64,000 nucleotides of DNA from Octopus vulgaris. Taxonomy: Eukaryota. Both the position numbers and the translations under genes were made by a program. Shown piece by piece: positions 1 through 14,329 of this stretch (its first letter is position 1; each line of letters begins with the position of its first letter). The stretch covers positions 21,018,001-21,082,000 of the forward strand of contig OX597827.1 of assembly GCA_951406725.2 (NCBI GenBank), in the 5' to 3' direction. The notes under the pieces are model-generated. The model made no database searches. It saw only the letters and a list, made by a program, of their open reading frames with translations, and was not told the origin of the DNA.

Positions 1-807
1 GGGTCTGTGGAAACTATCATTCATGACCATTTGCATATGCAAAAGGTGTCTGCCAGACAGATTTCCAGGTTGCTCACACCTTTCCAGAAGCATGAACGCG
101 TTGAGTGCTCGAGGATGAATTTGGAGATGTGCCAAGAAGATGAGTCAAAATTTTTCAAAAGACTGATCACACAGAATAAAACCTGGGTCCATCACTATGA
201 TCCATAGACCAAAGCCCAGTCAATGCCGTGAAAGCACCGTGACTCACCTCCTCCAAAGAAGGTAAGGGTGCAGCCCTCCGCTGACCAGGTTATGCTCACA
301 GTCTTCTGGGACCAGGACGGAGTAGTGATGACAGATTTCCTGGCAAAGGGTACCACAATTACAGGAGCCTATTATGCTTCACTTTTGAGGAAATTAAGAG
401 AAGCTATCAAAATCAAGAGGCGGGGCAAGATCAGCAAAGGCATCCTCCTCCTGCAGGACAACGCTCCGGTCCACAACTCGCGTGTCGCCAGATCAGAAGC
501 ACAGGCGTGCAGCTATGAACTCCTCCCCTTGCACCCTCTGATTTTCACCTCTTCCCAGCCATTAAGTTGATTTTCAAAGGAAAGCGTTTCCCAGATGATG
601 CAGCCTTGATTTCTGAAGTCACGTCGTGGTTGGAGGACCAAGCTGGGGTCTTCTACAAAAACGGTCTCCAGAGCTGTATCAAACGATGGGAGAAATGCAT
701 AACTCTGGGTAGTTCCTATGTAGGAAAAGACTAATAACTGTGCCAAGTGTCGTTGCTCTACTGCTATGGGAAGTGGGTCAGGGGCATTACTTATTGAACG
801 CCCCTCG
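1..807 (+). mobile_element. Mariner/Tc1 transposon 3' part: decayed transposase plus right TIR
   Basis: Broken ORFs with mariner motifs (KVSARQISRLLT, TWVHHYDP, VMLTVFWD, LLQDNAPVH). TIR-like GGCATTACTTATTGAACGCCCCTCG ends at 807 and is followed by TA. Confidence 0.9.
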
Positions 808-821
808 TATATATATATAGA

Positions 822-865
<44 letters not shown>

Positions 866-966
866 CATATACATACATATATATGTGCAGATATATGTAC
901 ACAGATATGCATGCATGCATATATATACACACATACATAATATATATATGCACACATAATATATAC

Positions 967-1036
<70 letters not shown>

Positions 1037-1376
1037 ATGTATGTAGGTAGGTATATATGTAATGTGAGATAATATTTTCATTTTTAATAGTTTCACTATG
1101 TATACATTATATACATAGTGAAACTATTAAAACTGAAACTATTATCTCACATTACAATAGACATGTTATTGTTTCACTTTTAACGCGTAATACCGAAACA
1201 GTGTAAGAGATTGTTCCGGACTTGCACTAGGCAAGATTTGAAACATTTTTTGGCTCATGACACTCCATGGACCGTAAGTAGTGTAAGTGTAAAATTTGAA
1301 TGAAATCAGTTGGGTAGTTCTCGAGTTTTAGTGAGGCACACATACAGACACGCAGACAGACTGACACGTATTCTCA

Positions 1377-1443
<67 letters not shown>

Positions 1444-1644
1444 TCTCAGAGCGAGTTATAAACAGTAGCGGTAACACATCGTGTTGCATATTTGCCATTT
1501 GAATATGGCTAACCCATAAGGGTGGATGCTACTGTAGTTTGTAGCCCCAGGAAGATATCTACTCCAGTTGGCTATAGACACACTATCTGTGTCCTGTCAG
1601 TATTTGTGAAGGGGAGTCATCCTCCCCGTCTTCAACACATGATA

Positions 1645-1689
1645 CACACGTACCCGAGTTTCAAGGTGTTTACCTTTCATCAGCGTGTG
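1645..1689 (-). ncRNA. Type I hammerhead ribozyme (minimal)
   Basis: Reverse complement of the motif at 1984-2028. Confidence 0.85.
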
Positions 1690-1983
1690 ACAATCATGGT
1701 TGTCGACGAGAAGTCAGATCCCTTCACAAATACATATACTTTTTCCAGTGTCGATTTGACACTGATAATGAAAAAGTGAAATCAAACAATGATAAATCTC
1801 AGAGCGAGTTATAAACAGTAGCGGTAACACATCGTGTTGCATATTTGCCATTTGAATATGGCTAACCCATAAGGGTGGATGCTACTGTAGTTTGTAGCCG
1901 CAGGAAGATATCTCCTCCAGTTGGCTGGAAAAAGTATATGTATTTGTGAAGGGATCTGACTTCTCGTCGACAACCATGATTGT

Positions 1984-2028
1984 CACACGCTGATGAAAGG
2001 TAAACACCTTGAAACTCGGGTACGTGTG
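1984..2028 (+). ncRNA. Type I hammerhead ribozyme (minimal)
   Basis: CACACG-CTGATGA-AAGGT-AAAC-ACCTT-GAAA-CTCGGG-TA-CGTGTG: 6-bp stem I, 5-bp stem II, intact core, GUA site. Confidence 0.9.
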
Positions 2029-2191
2029 TATCATGTGTTGAAGACGGGGAGGATGACTCCCCTTCACAAATACTGACAGGGCACAGATAGTGTGTCTATA
2101 GCCAACTGGAGGAGATATCTTCCTGGGGCTACAAACTACAGTAGCATCCACCCTTATGGGTTAGCCATATTCAAATGGCAAATATGCAACA

Positions 2192-2245
<54 letters not shown>

Positions 2246-2583
2246 GTTTTTTAATAATTGCTTGTATTCTTATTTTATATGCATAGAATAATATGCTATA
2301 TGCACGTATGTTATTATAATTATCATTTTAATAAATAAATAAGTTAACATTTTAATGTCCAAAAGTTGATGAACCAACTATTGTACTTCTCCATTTTCTT
2401 ATTTGCAATATAAATTAATGGCAAAATATATCTTTACCTTCACCCATTTAATACACTAGGTAAGTTAATTGCAATGCAATAAAAAAACACTTGTGTATTA
2501 ATAATTGGGTATTATGCCAACAGTATATTGGATAGATATTATCCCTTAGTGGGTTGGACCCACAACCCCTAACTTTCTTGGAG

Positions 2584-2616
<33 letters not shown>

Positions 2617-2746
2617 TTCAGCAAAATTTAGATTCAAATGAATATGGTACTTAAGTTAGATGCACCAGAATATTGTATGGTGTTATCCATATAAATCCAT
2701 GGGGTGATTATAATCAAAATAAGCAACAAGAATAACTTCGGTAATT

Positions 2747-2830
2747 TGGTACGATCGTTTCACGCTACATCATTTTATTAAATGTTATAAGCATTACAAC
2801 AGATTTAAAATGCTGAGCACTCATCAGCCA
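2747..2830 (-). ncRNA. Hammerhead motif, long stem II
   Basis: TGG-CTGATGA-GTGCT...AGCGT-GAAA-CGATCG-TA-CCA. Stem III is palindromic; stem I is only 3 bp. Confidence 0.65.
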
Positions 2831-3651
2831 GTAATAGAGGTTTTCCATTAATACATAATTGTCATATCAATTGATAACATTATAGAGAAGGTAGATATAT
2901 AGACAAAGATGTGGAGTTAAATTTTAAGAACATTTAAGGTAGTGGAGTTTATCAACTGACTGAAGAATATTCAGTTATTTTGAACTGCTAGAAGGTTTTG
3001 AGAAGAATGAACAATTGAAAGGAGACAAGAAATATTTTCTATTTATAGAAATAGGGGTGAAATAGATGTCAAAGTTCCATATAAAGAAATTGAGATAGAG
3101 AGAAAAGGGTTGTCACACTACAGATGCCTTTTACTACTATTTAGCATTAGGAAAACTAGCTTAATGTCAAATGGTTATAATGACCACTCATAGAGAATGC
3201 AGAGATTTTTTAAAACTTATATACATCAACTTTATAATTAGCTGATAGGTTTTGAGTATTTTGATACGTTGGATTAAAGGAGAAATTATAAATCTACTAT
3301 TTATTCAATTTAGAAAAAAATCTATCACTTATTATGAGTAGGCATAATACTTATTAATTGGGGGTGTGACAACCCTTTTCTCTCTACCTCAATTTCTTTA
3401 TATGGAACTTTGACATCTATTTCACCCCTATTTCTATAAATAGAAAATCTTTCTTGTCTCCTTTCAATTGTTCATTCTTCTCAAAACCTTCTAGCAGTTC
3501 AAAATAACTGAATATTCTTCAGTCAGTTGATAAACTCCACTACCTTAAATGTTCTTAAAATTTAAATCCACATCTTTGTCTATATATCTACCTTCTCTAT
3601 AATGTTATCAATTGATATGACAATTATGTATTAATGGAAAACCTCTATTAC

Positions 3652-3735
3652 TGGCTGATGAGTGCTCAGCATTTCAAAACTGTTGTAATACTTACAACGT
3701 TTAATAAAATGATGTAGCGTGAAACGACCGTACCA
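3652..3735 (+). ncRNA. Hammerhead motif, long stem II
   Basis: TGG-CTGATGA-GTGCT...AGCGT-GAAA-CGACCG-TA-CCA. Confidence 0.6.
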
Positions 3736-3825
3736 AATTACCGAAGTTATTCTTGTTGCTTATTTTGATTATATATATATATATCAATTTATGTTGCAAG
3801 ATTCCTGATGTGAAATCGTATGTTG

Positions 3826-4100
3826 AAACAGATATTATTGTATATCGGGATGATCATTTTTTCTTGCCAAATAAACACACACACACACCATATATTTATT
3901 CTTCACTCGTTTATTACTCTTCTTATGTTAACTCATGTCAATTGTCCGGAAAAGAGGTCACAGAGGTGGGACGAAAGATTTCCGAACAATGAACATGAGT
4001 CAAAATAAGAACAATAATAAACGAGTGAAAACAAATAGATAGTACGGGAGTTTATTTGGCAAGAAAAAAAATGACCATCCCAAAATACTATATCCTCTGT
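3826..4100. repeat. Diverged fold-back element with a decayed hammerhead at its centre (same family as 51250-51480)
   Basis: Inverted arms surround TTGTCCG-GAAAAGA-GGTCACAGAGGTGGGAC-GAAA-GATT-TC-CGAACAA. Confidence 0.6.
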
Positions 4101-4581
4101 GTGTATATATAGCACATACTTAATACACGCCCCATATACTCTCTATACACTATATAAATCTTTTGATTACACAATAAAAAGATACCACAACCCCACCCTT
4201 CTCTGGAACCCACTCCAAACAATTAACGCAATACAATTACTAACCAATAAACTGACACCCACGCTGCCTCTGTTCGGTTCAATAACCACCCGACACTAAA
4301 GCATATAAAACCAAAGGCACTACATAGACGAGCACATGGCAATAATAATAATAATGATTAATTATTTTATTGTTAATAATTAATTCTTTTATGATGACAA
4401 TAATAATGATTCTGACTGGGACCCCGCCTGCAAGTCTTACGCTGTTTATCTTGATATGAGATCACCATGATACGCATGTACCTGGTGTACCCTTATGAAA
4501 CAGGTAGTCATGGTGGGTATACTGGGCTTCGTAGATTTGTACCCCAGTGTTACTTTGATGGTATGCACTGCTCTCTCACTC

Positions 4582-4630
<49 letters not shown>

Positions 4631-4635
<5 letters not shown>

Positions 4636-5107
4636 AAAGCAACCATACTATGGGATATGCCAATACACACAGATAGAGAAATTAAGGACAATAGGCCAGA
4701 TATAGTTGTCAGAGATCATGAAGAAAAAAATGCTTTCTAATTGATGTATCAATACCAGCAGATGACAACGTGTCTCTAAAAGAAATGGAGAAACTTTCAA
4801 AATACAAAGACCTAGAAATAGAGGTAACTCGAATGTGGAATCTAAAAACAGAATCAATTCCTATCATAGTAGGCGCATTAGGTATGATAAAAAAATATTC
4901 AGACAAATACATAACAAAAACACCAGGACTTAGAAATATATACAACATACAGAAAATTGCACTACTAGGCACTGCACACATCCTACGCAAAACACTTTCA
5001 ATGCAGTACCAATAAGAGCATCACAACAAACCACAGCACATACCCAAGGCACACAGTAGTATGTGGCTCGGTAGTGAAGTGAAAGCATGATATAAAAATA
5101 AACTACT
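4631..5107 (+). mobile_element. 3' end of an R4/Dong-like non-LTR retrotransposon (restriction-like endonuclease domain) in (AAT)n
   Basis: ILWDMPIHTDREIKDNRPDIVV then, after a frameshift, KEMEKLSKYKDL..IPIIVGALG. AAT repeats flank both sides. Confidence 0.8.
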
Positions 5108-5826
5108 GAATAATACTAATAATAATAAAAATTCTCTCGAATTTTGACACCAGGCCAAAAATTTTTAGAAAAGTGGGGAATAGTTTACATCGACCCCGAA
5201 AACATGAAAAGTAAAGTCGACCTCGGCAGCATTTGAACGCTGAACGTAAAGAGTCGGAGGAAATAGTCCGATGTGCTAACGATTCTGTCAGCCCGGAGCC
5301 CAAATAACAATAATAATAACCATTTATACTACAGGCACAAGGCCTGAAAATTGGGGGTACGGATTTAGTCGATTACATCGACCCTAGTGTTCAACTGGTA
5401 TTTATTTCATCGGCCCCGAACAGATGAACAGCGGAGTTTGAACTCAGAACGTAAAGAAAAAAACAGAAGAAATGTTAGTAAACATGTGCTGCGCTCTGCT
5501 GACGGCGCTACAAGCTCATCACCGAAAGAACACAAATAATTATAAGCGAGGTAATAATATAAAGAAGAAAAAAATAAACATAAGGCTTAGCTACCTGTCC
5601 AATGTTTATAGGCGAACCAATTACAGACAAGGGCTTCATTGCAGCGGTCGAAGTTTCAATTCTGTCTGAAGTCGACGGTGGAAAACTTTAACGCTTGGTC
5701 TTCTTGTTCGAATCTGTTTAGCGAAACGGCACCTAACCACAAACTTTATATAGCAACGTTGTATGCATATATATATCTGTATGTGTGTGGGTGTGTATGT
5801 GTTTATGTATGCCTATATATCCGTGT

Positions 5827-6000
5827 GTTCATGTGTGTGTGTGTGTCTATATAGCCGTGTGTGTGTGTGTGTCTATATAGCCGTGTGTGTGTGTGTGTCT
5901 ATATAGCCGTGTGTGTGTGTGTGTCTATATAGCCGTGTGTGTGTGTGTCTATATAGCCGTGTGTTCATGTGTGTATGTGTGTATGTCTATATAGCCGTGT
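5827..6000. repeat. Minisatellite CTATATAGCC(GT)n, about 6 copies
   Basis: Direct reading. Confidence 0.85.
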
Positions 6001-6324
6001 TTGTGTGTGTGTGTTGCATGTCTTATATAATAAACTCGATTAGAATGTTAATTTCATTCACTTAACAAACGTTCGTCAGGCGTTGAAATAAACTCTTTTT
6101 ATATTTTTTTATAGTAGGTTCTTTTTTCTGCGAACTGATATTTCACTCTCCCCCACCCTCTCTTTAACCCTTTTATGCTTTTTTTCTTCATTTTTTTATA
6201 TATATATATATCTGTCTGCCTCTCTCTCTCTCTCTCTCTCTCTCGTTCTCTCTCTCTTTCTCTTTCTCACACTCCATTTCACACACACATACGCGCCCGC
6301 ACACGTCACATACACACTCCCTCG

Positions 6325-6361
<37 letters not shown>

Positions 6362-6579
6362 ACACAGTCGTAGTTCTTTCTCCCTTCCTCTCCCCTTCTC
6401 CTACATCCACAAATTCTCACTCTCTTTCCCTCTCTACTCCTGCAACTCTCTTTCTCTCTCGCACCCCCCTTCCCCCCTCAACACACGCGACACATTCACC
6501 CGCACACGCGCACCACTGCTGGATCACTTGTACGCGGACCAAGTCAAATACTTCAAAAACGGATGTAGGAAAAGAGGCT

Positions 6580-8122
<1,543 letters not shown>

Positions 8123-8306
8123 GAGTGGTTACAGGGGCTTTATAGCGATTTTGACTGCTATTTCTAGACATGTAAGAGTTTTTGCAACCCTCTCCATTAT
8201 AATTGTGATTTATTCAAAATTATGCATAATTCCTGTATGAAAAACGTTTTGACCGCATGTTCTCGCCATTGATATATTAGTAAATAATTTTGTATTGTTT
8301 ACAATG

Positions 8307-8701
8307 ACTCTTTTACTCTTTTACTTGTTTCAGTCATTTGACTGCGGCCATGCTGGAGCACCGCCTTTTAATCGAGCAACTCGAACCCGGGACTTATTCT
8401 TTTGTAAGCCCAGTACTTATTCTATCGGTCTCTTTTGCCAAACCGCTAAGTAACGGGGACGTAAACACATCAGCATCGGTTGTCAAGCAATGCTAGGGGG
8501 ACAAACACAGACACACAAACACACATGCACACACACATATATACGACGGGCTTCTTTCAGTTTCCGTCTACCAAATCCACTCACAAGGCTTTGGTCGGCC
8601 TGAGGCTATAGTAGAAGACACTTGCCCAAGGTGCCACGCAGTGGGACTGAACCCGGAGCCATGCGGTCGGTAAACAAGCTACTTACCACACAGCCACTCC
8701 T
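8307..8701 (-). mobile_element. SINE family A (head GGAGTGGCTGTGTGGTAAGTAGC, tail GTAAAAGA repeats)
   Basis: Similar copies at 22707, 28178, 49259 and 63886. A/B-box-like head. Confidence 0.85.
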
Positions 8702-8756
8702 TCGTAATGTATTTTCCATTCCTCTTATATATCTATCTCTCTAGCTACATATATAT

Positions 8757-9062
8757 ATCACGTCACGTGATCATGTGACCGACCAGGCTACCACATGTTG
8801 CTACACATCGCTGGTCACAATGCGCTTCGCATTGTTTTAGCCTTCAAATGACACCACCCTACTGGCTAAGCGAGCAGGCCAACAGAAGAAAGAGTGAGAG
8901 AAAGTTGTGGAGAAAGAGGATCGCCACCACCCCCTGCCGGAGCCTCGTGGAGCTTTAGGTGTTTTCGCTCAATAAACACTCACAACGCCCGGTCTGGGAA
9001 TCGAAACCGCGATCCTCCGACCGCGAGTCCGCTGCCCTAACCACTGGGCCATTGCGCCTCCA
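8757..9062 (-). mobile_element. SINE family B (tRNA-derived head)
   Basis: Head GGCCCAGTGGTTAGG...GGTTTCGATTCC. Copies at 33052 and, diverged, 56708. Confidence 0.85.
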
Positions 9063-9064
9063 TA

Positions 9065-9100
<36 letters not shown>

Positions 9101-9128
9101 CATATATATATATATATATATATATATA

Positions 9129-9521
9129 CTAGCAGTATCGCCCGGCGTTGCTCGGGTTTGTAAGGGAAATAATTATATAAGCATTTTTAGAGATGTAAAG
9201 TATAATAGCCATCTCAATATGGCTAACCACAAAGAGGGAGGGGTGTTACTGTAGCTTTTTACGTTCTGAGATTTAATAATAAATTTTAGAGAGTTACTTC
9301 CCTTATATATGTCAAAAATGGATTAAAAATGGGAAAAATTGATGGTAATTTTTTTTAAATCGTAGACTCATCGTAGACGCGCGCTAATACCCAGACGGTC
9401 TCGATATGAATCACGACTATAAGATACCCGGTTTTGGTTAAACTGCACCGCAAAATGTGGGAGTAGTTAGGAATCTAAATCGTAGGAGACAGACACACAA
9501 CCTCACTTTTATATATAAAGA
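9129..9521 (-). mobile_element. Non-autonomous Helitron
   Basis: 5'-TC start, 3' hairpin CCCGAGCAACGCCGGG plus CTAG, inserted between A and T. Near-identical copy at 41241-41639. Confidence 0.9.
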
Positions 9522-9685
9522 TTTCCTCTATTTACATAATATTGAGGTCTCTTTCTTTCTTTTGTTATCTTACTGTTTTTACCAATATACATATATATAT
9601 ATATATATAAATGTATAAATAGTTACAGAGATGTACTTGCATAGCAAGTGACTTGATCTGAGATCGTGTGCTGGAACGAAAACAG

Positions 9686-9944
9686 TTGCAGCGTTGAAGG
9701 TGTTTATAAGCCATTTAAGAAACACACAAAAACCGTTACATTCACTTCAACATTTAAATTTAATTTGTCAAAATATTTTCGTCGCTTTGAGACCGCGACC
9801 TGTTAGCACGATATTTTTGTCAGTGAACAGGTCGCGGTCTGAAAGCGACGAAAATATTTTGGCAAATTAAATTTAAATGTTGAAGTGAATGTAACGGTTT
9901 TTGTGTGTTTCTTAAATGGCTTACAAACACCTTCCACGCTGCAA
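9686..9944. mobile_element. Fold-back element with a variant hammerhead (G3-C8 core)
   Basis: 9686-9803 is the inverse of 9826-9944. Motif at 9816-9866. Confidence 0.7.
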
Positions 9945-10744
9945 TATATATATACACACATATATATATATATGTATGTATGCATGTATGTGTGTGTGTG
10001 TGTGCGTGTCTGTGCTTGTGATTGTCCTCCACCACTGCTTGACAACGAATGTTGGTTTGTTTACATCCCTGTCACCTAGTGGTTTGACAAAGGAAACAGA
10101 TAGAATAAGTACAATGCTTACAAAAATAAAACTGGAGTTGATTCATTAAACTACGGTTCTTCAAGGCATTGCCCCAGCATGGCCACAGACCAATGGCTGG
10201 AAAAAGCAGAAGAATAAAAGAATACATTCTCTGCTTTGGTCTTATGTTCAAGGCATAAGAAAGCTTGAGTTTACATGAGAAGGCCTAACAGACCTGGTAG
10301 AAACAGCAGCCAAATCTCCCTCAAATCACACCTTACTGTCTTATGTATGTATATATATATGAGCCAATGAGGGGGACCTCTACATGGTAGCTAGACCTGG
10401 TAGAAATAGCAGCCAAATTTCCCCCAAATCACACCTTACTGTCTTATCTATGTATATATGTATGTATGAGCCTATGAGGGAGACCCCTACATGGCAGCTA
10501 GACATGGTAGAAATAGCAGCCAAATTTCCCCCAAATCACACCTTACTGTCTTATCTATGTATATATGTATGTATGAGCCTATGAGGGAGACCCCTACATG
10601 GCAGCTAGACATGGTAGAAATAGCAGCCAAATCTCCCTCAAATCACACCTTACTGTCTTATCTTTCTGCTACTTATATTCGTCGTAAAAAACTTTCCTGT
10701 CACACACTCACGCACACGCACACACACACACACACGCACCCTCA

Positions 10745-10779
<35 letters not shown>

Positions 10780-11467
10780 TCACACACACGCACGTTAGCT
10801 TACAATTTTATTTATATATTTGCGTGTCTGTGTTGAAAGAGGAAGTGGGAGGCAGAGTGAAAGAATCACTCACTACAGTAAGTAAATTACTTTCATTTTA
10901 TTCGCTGCCCACTGTGTGTGTGCGTTTGCGTGTGGTGTAAACCAGACTAAGAAAAGCATTTGACACACATACCAGAATGTGAGTTTTCTGTAAATTTTGC
11001 TTAATTGGAGTTTAAATTTTAAAAACTGGACCTGGCATGACGCGATGCATTGTACTCTTAAAATTGCTAGGTAAATTGTAATTGAAGAAATCCTATATTG
11101 TAGATTTGTATAACTCCCAAAGGGAAGCAGATAAAATCTGCCTTTTATAATAAGAGATATAATAACTGTAATTATATATTATTTTTTAATAATGATAATA
11201 TAGGCTGCAATTACAGCGTCTAATCTAAACACGTGACTGAAGAAAAGCATTGATGACGTGTTCAATTCCCAGTGGTTCGGCCCATCTTTTTTCAGCCACT
11301 TGTTTAGATTAGTCACTTTAGAGTCTATATTATCATTGTAAAAAAATAACATAATAGTACGTTTATTATAAAAAGACCTATGTAGTCGCTTTTCTCCGAA
11401 ATTTAATAGTCTTTGGGTTTGTTTATGTGTGAGTGCGTGTGTGCGTGTGTGAAGGCGCATGTATGTG

Positions 11468-11498
<31 letters not shown>

Positions 11499-11941
11499 AT
11501 TTTATTTTGTAATTTTATTTGTATCGTTTTTACGTCCTGTTTGTGTCACATTTTGTTCTTTCCTTGTTTTACCCCTCTGCGAAGTAATTTCCTTTAATTT
11601 CTACGCAGGAAGGGCTAAGTTCGACGAGTCGTGTTCTGTCCTCACCTTCGAAACACACTGGAGTTGAACTAGGGACAGCTGATGAAGTTTGTCTAGTACT
11701 CTGTTTTTTCTTATTTTTACGTTTTCGTTCTCGTTGAGTTCTGCGTCTATTTGTGGTGTCCTGTACTCACGTATATATATTTATATATGCATGTATATAT
11801 ACATGTAGATGTAGGTACGTACACATATGTATGTATGTATGCATATATTTTATTTATTACACTATTGTATGACTGAGCGCCTTCGCGTCGATTCGATTCG
11901 ATTCGTTCCGTTTCGTTTCGTTTCTTCTTCTTCTGCCAGTA

Positions 11942-12004
<63 letters not shown>

Positions 12005-12252
12005 ATATATATATATATAGTGTAATATATATATATGTATATATATATGTATATATAGATATCATTTAAAAATAGGATAAAATCTTCATAAAAAATTATC
12101 AAGTAGTTAGCGTGAAAAACCTCATAAGAGAAAAAATCCACAAACTTTTTTCACTTAAATATATTTAAGTGAAAAAAATATAAATATAATATGTATATAT
12201 AGATATGTATGTATATATATATAAGGCGCATGTATGTATGTATGTATGTATG

Positions 12253-12310
<58 letters not shown>

Positions 12311-12311
<1 letters not shown>

Positions 12312-12603
12312 CGTAAAGTATACTAGCCATATAAATATGGCTAACCACTAAGGGTGGGTGTTACTGTTGCTTTTAGCCCCAGGAGATCATCGTCTCCAGC
12401 TGGCTTTAGGCACACTTCCTGTGCCCTTATGATATTTGCAAAGGGAGGTCATCCCCTCTCGTAAACCTAAGCGTTACGCACGGACTGCAGTTTCGAGGAC
12501 TGCAGTCCGTGCGTATCGCTTATGTTTACGAGAGGGGATGACCTCCCTTTGCAAATATCATAAGGGCACAGGAAGTGTGCCTAAAGCCAGCTGGAGACGA
12601 TGA
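12311..12603. mobile_element. Fold-back element related to 1441-2193, inverted within its hammerhead
   Basis: Shares AATATGGCTAACC...GCCCCAGGA...CTCCAG with 1441-2193. Arms 12385-12490 and 12497-12603. Minus strand reads CCTC-GAAA-CTGCAG-TC-CGTGCG. Confidence 0.75.
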
Positions 12604-12705
12604 TTAATTTTTAAAAAATGAAGAAAAAAAACAAGGAAAAACAGCAACGCGAGGACGTGGTACATGCAAAGTATTAACAGACGCTCAGGGACGGAAAGAA
12701 AGGTT

Positions 12706-12740
12706 GTTTCACGTTTCGAACAAAGCTCTTCTTCAGAAAC
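12706..12740 (-). ncRNA. Minimal hammerhead motif with cleavage triplet GUG (probably dead)
   Basis: GTTT-CTGAAGA-A-GAGC-TTT-GTTC-GAAA-CG-TG-AAAC. Confidence 0.65.
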
Positions 12741-12798
12741 AGGAGACAGAGGAATGTCAAAAAAAAAGGAAGGTGGAGGAAAAAAATCGCCAACAATC

Positions 12799-12877
<79 letters not shown>

Positions 12878-13124
12878 AATGAGGATAAAATTTTTTTCGA
12901 AAAAAATATTTTTTTCGAAAAAAATTTTATCAATGGCCAGCATATTAAAAAATACCTTAAACGGTTAAATTTATAAACAATTCATAAATGAGGGCAAAGG
13001 AAAAAATTTCTAATGCCAAATATGCCGAAAAATTGGACATATTGTCCATTAACCATATAATTTTTTCACAATACGCACGCTACTCGAAAAAAGGTCGACA
13101 GAAACTTCTAAAAAATTCCATTAT

Positions 13125-13182
13125 TACCATATCGGACCGATTTCAGAGTTAGCTACTAAGAGCCCTCTCTTCGTCAGTGATA
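13125..13182 (-). ncRNA. Type I hammerhead ribozyme
   Basis: TATCA-CTGACGA-AGAG...CTCT-GAAA-TCGGTCCGA-TA-TGGTA. Inverted partner of 15939-15996. Confidence 0.85.
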
Positions 13183-14329
13183 CATGTGGCAAAAGAAATA
13201 AATGAGATACTTACTCATACCCATGGAAGAAGCAAACACTAAGTCATGAGCACATGAATCTCTTATGATAAAAGGCAGATTTTCTCTGCCTCCCAAAACG
13301 TTCATTTTTTATACAATTGTACAATATAGAATTTCTTCAATTGGAATTTCCCAATCATTTTTCCAAGTAGATTCCATCGGGTCGTGGCATGTAAAGTTTT
13401 TTCAATTTCACCCCCAATTAAGCAAAAATTTCAGAAAAGTAAATATTTTACGATTTCCCTCTTTCATTTCAAGTGCTTCACTCCTACCATTACCACTACA
13501 CTTTCTCCTCCTTTCTCTTTGCAAGTGTGCAACAATTAAAGTGAAAGTATTTATATAAAAGGGATGAGCAATTAATACTGGTCATCCTTTTTGCTAGAAG
13601 AAGATCCGCTGTGGTCTTATATGCTACACCACTGGTTTTCAATTCATATTAATCAAATTAATATTCAATTTTTCACCCTTATTATGTGTGTGTGTATTAG
13701 CAATTCGTATAAAATTGCATCAATGACTTGAACTTGAATAAGTGGTTTCACATAAATGGGGATACATTAAAAAGGTTTGTTGTTATTATTATTACTGTTT
13801 GACTATTGTAATCACGTTTGTTGGTTCCTCGTCAGGGAAACGTTGTTGTGTTGCATTTGTTAAATAATTGTAAACCGTAACCCTCCCCCTTTCGGAGAAG
13901 GGGCTTTGGTTATTGTTTTAAAATTGAATTGTGTCCCTGTTTGGGGAAATTGACAATATTTTCACCATCTTTATGGAAGCATTTTTGTTAAAATGCCTTC
14001 GATAGAAGAAAGTCCAAAAATGAATTTCGCTGCAGCCGTACACTTCTATACAAGAGGGAGGACAAGATCCACTTGATCGAAATTGCAAGAGACGGGCCTA
14101 CAATTCCAGTCTGTTATATATTTTGAGTATTGTTATCACTAGCGATATCAAGATATAACTTTGTATTTTGTATTTTATGTGTAGATGTATATATATAGAT
14201 GTACATGTAATATGTACACATATATATATATACACATATATATATGCATAATATATCTACCCATACACGCACACGTACACACACACACACATACATAGGG
14301 GCAGGTGTTGCTGTGTGGTAACAAACTAC

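Larger units (their letters stand above)
1441..2193. mobile_element. Non-coding hammerhead-bearing element: ~354-bp unit, partial tandem copy, then inverted copy, set in (AT)n
   Basis: 1441-1573 repeats at 1795-1926. 1925-2193 is the reverse complement of ~1478-1748. (AT)n lies on both sides. Confidence 0.85.
2706..3771. mobile_element. Fold-back element with ~410-bp inverted arms, each carrying a long-stem-II hammerhead
   Basis: 2706-3118 is the reverse complement of ~3365-3771. (AT)n lies nearby on both sides. Confidence 0.8.

Noticed and set aside
1082-1132. ~23-bp-arm AT-rich hairpin
   Set aside because: No ribozyme core or other signal; likely a local inversion-duplication.
1522-2151. 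Duplicated 85-89 aa ORFs
   Set aside because: Incidental frames in the inverted non-coding repeat, with no protein motif.
5587-5735. Minus-strand coding exon with AG/GT borders
   Set aside because: Stops occur in all three frames and the donor site is weak.
8990-9062. tRNA gene
   Set aside because: A/B boxes are present but continue into a repeated SINE body; no full cloverleaf.
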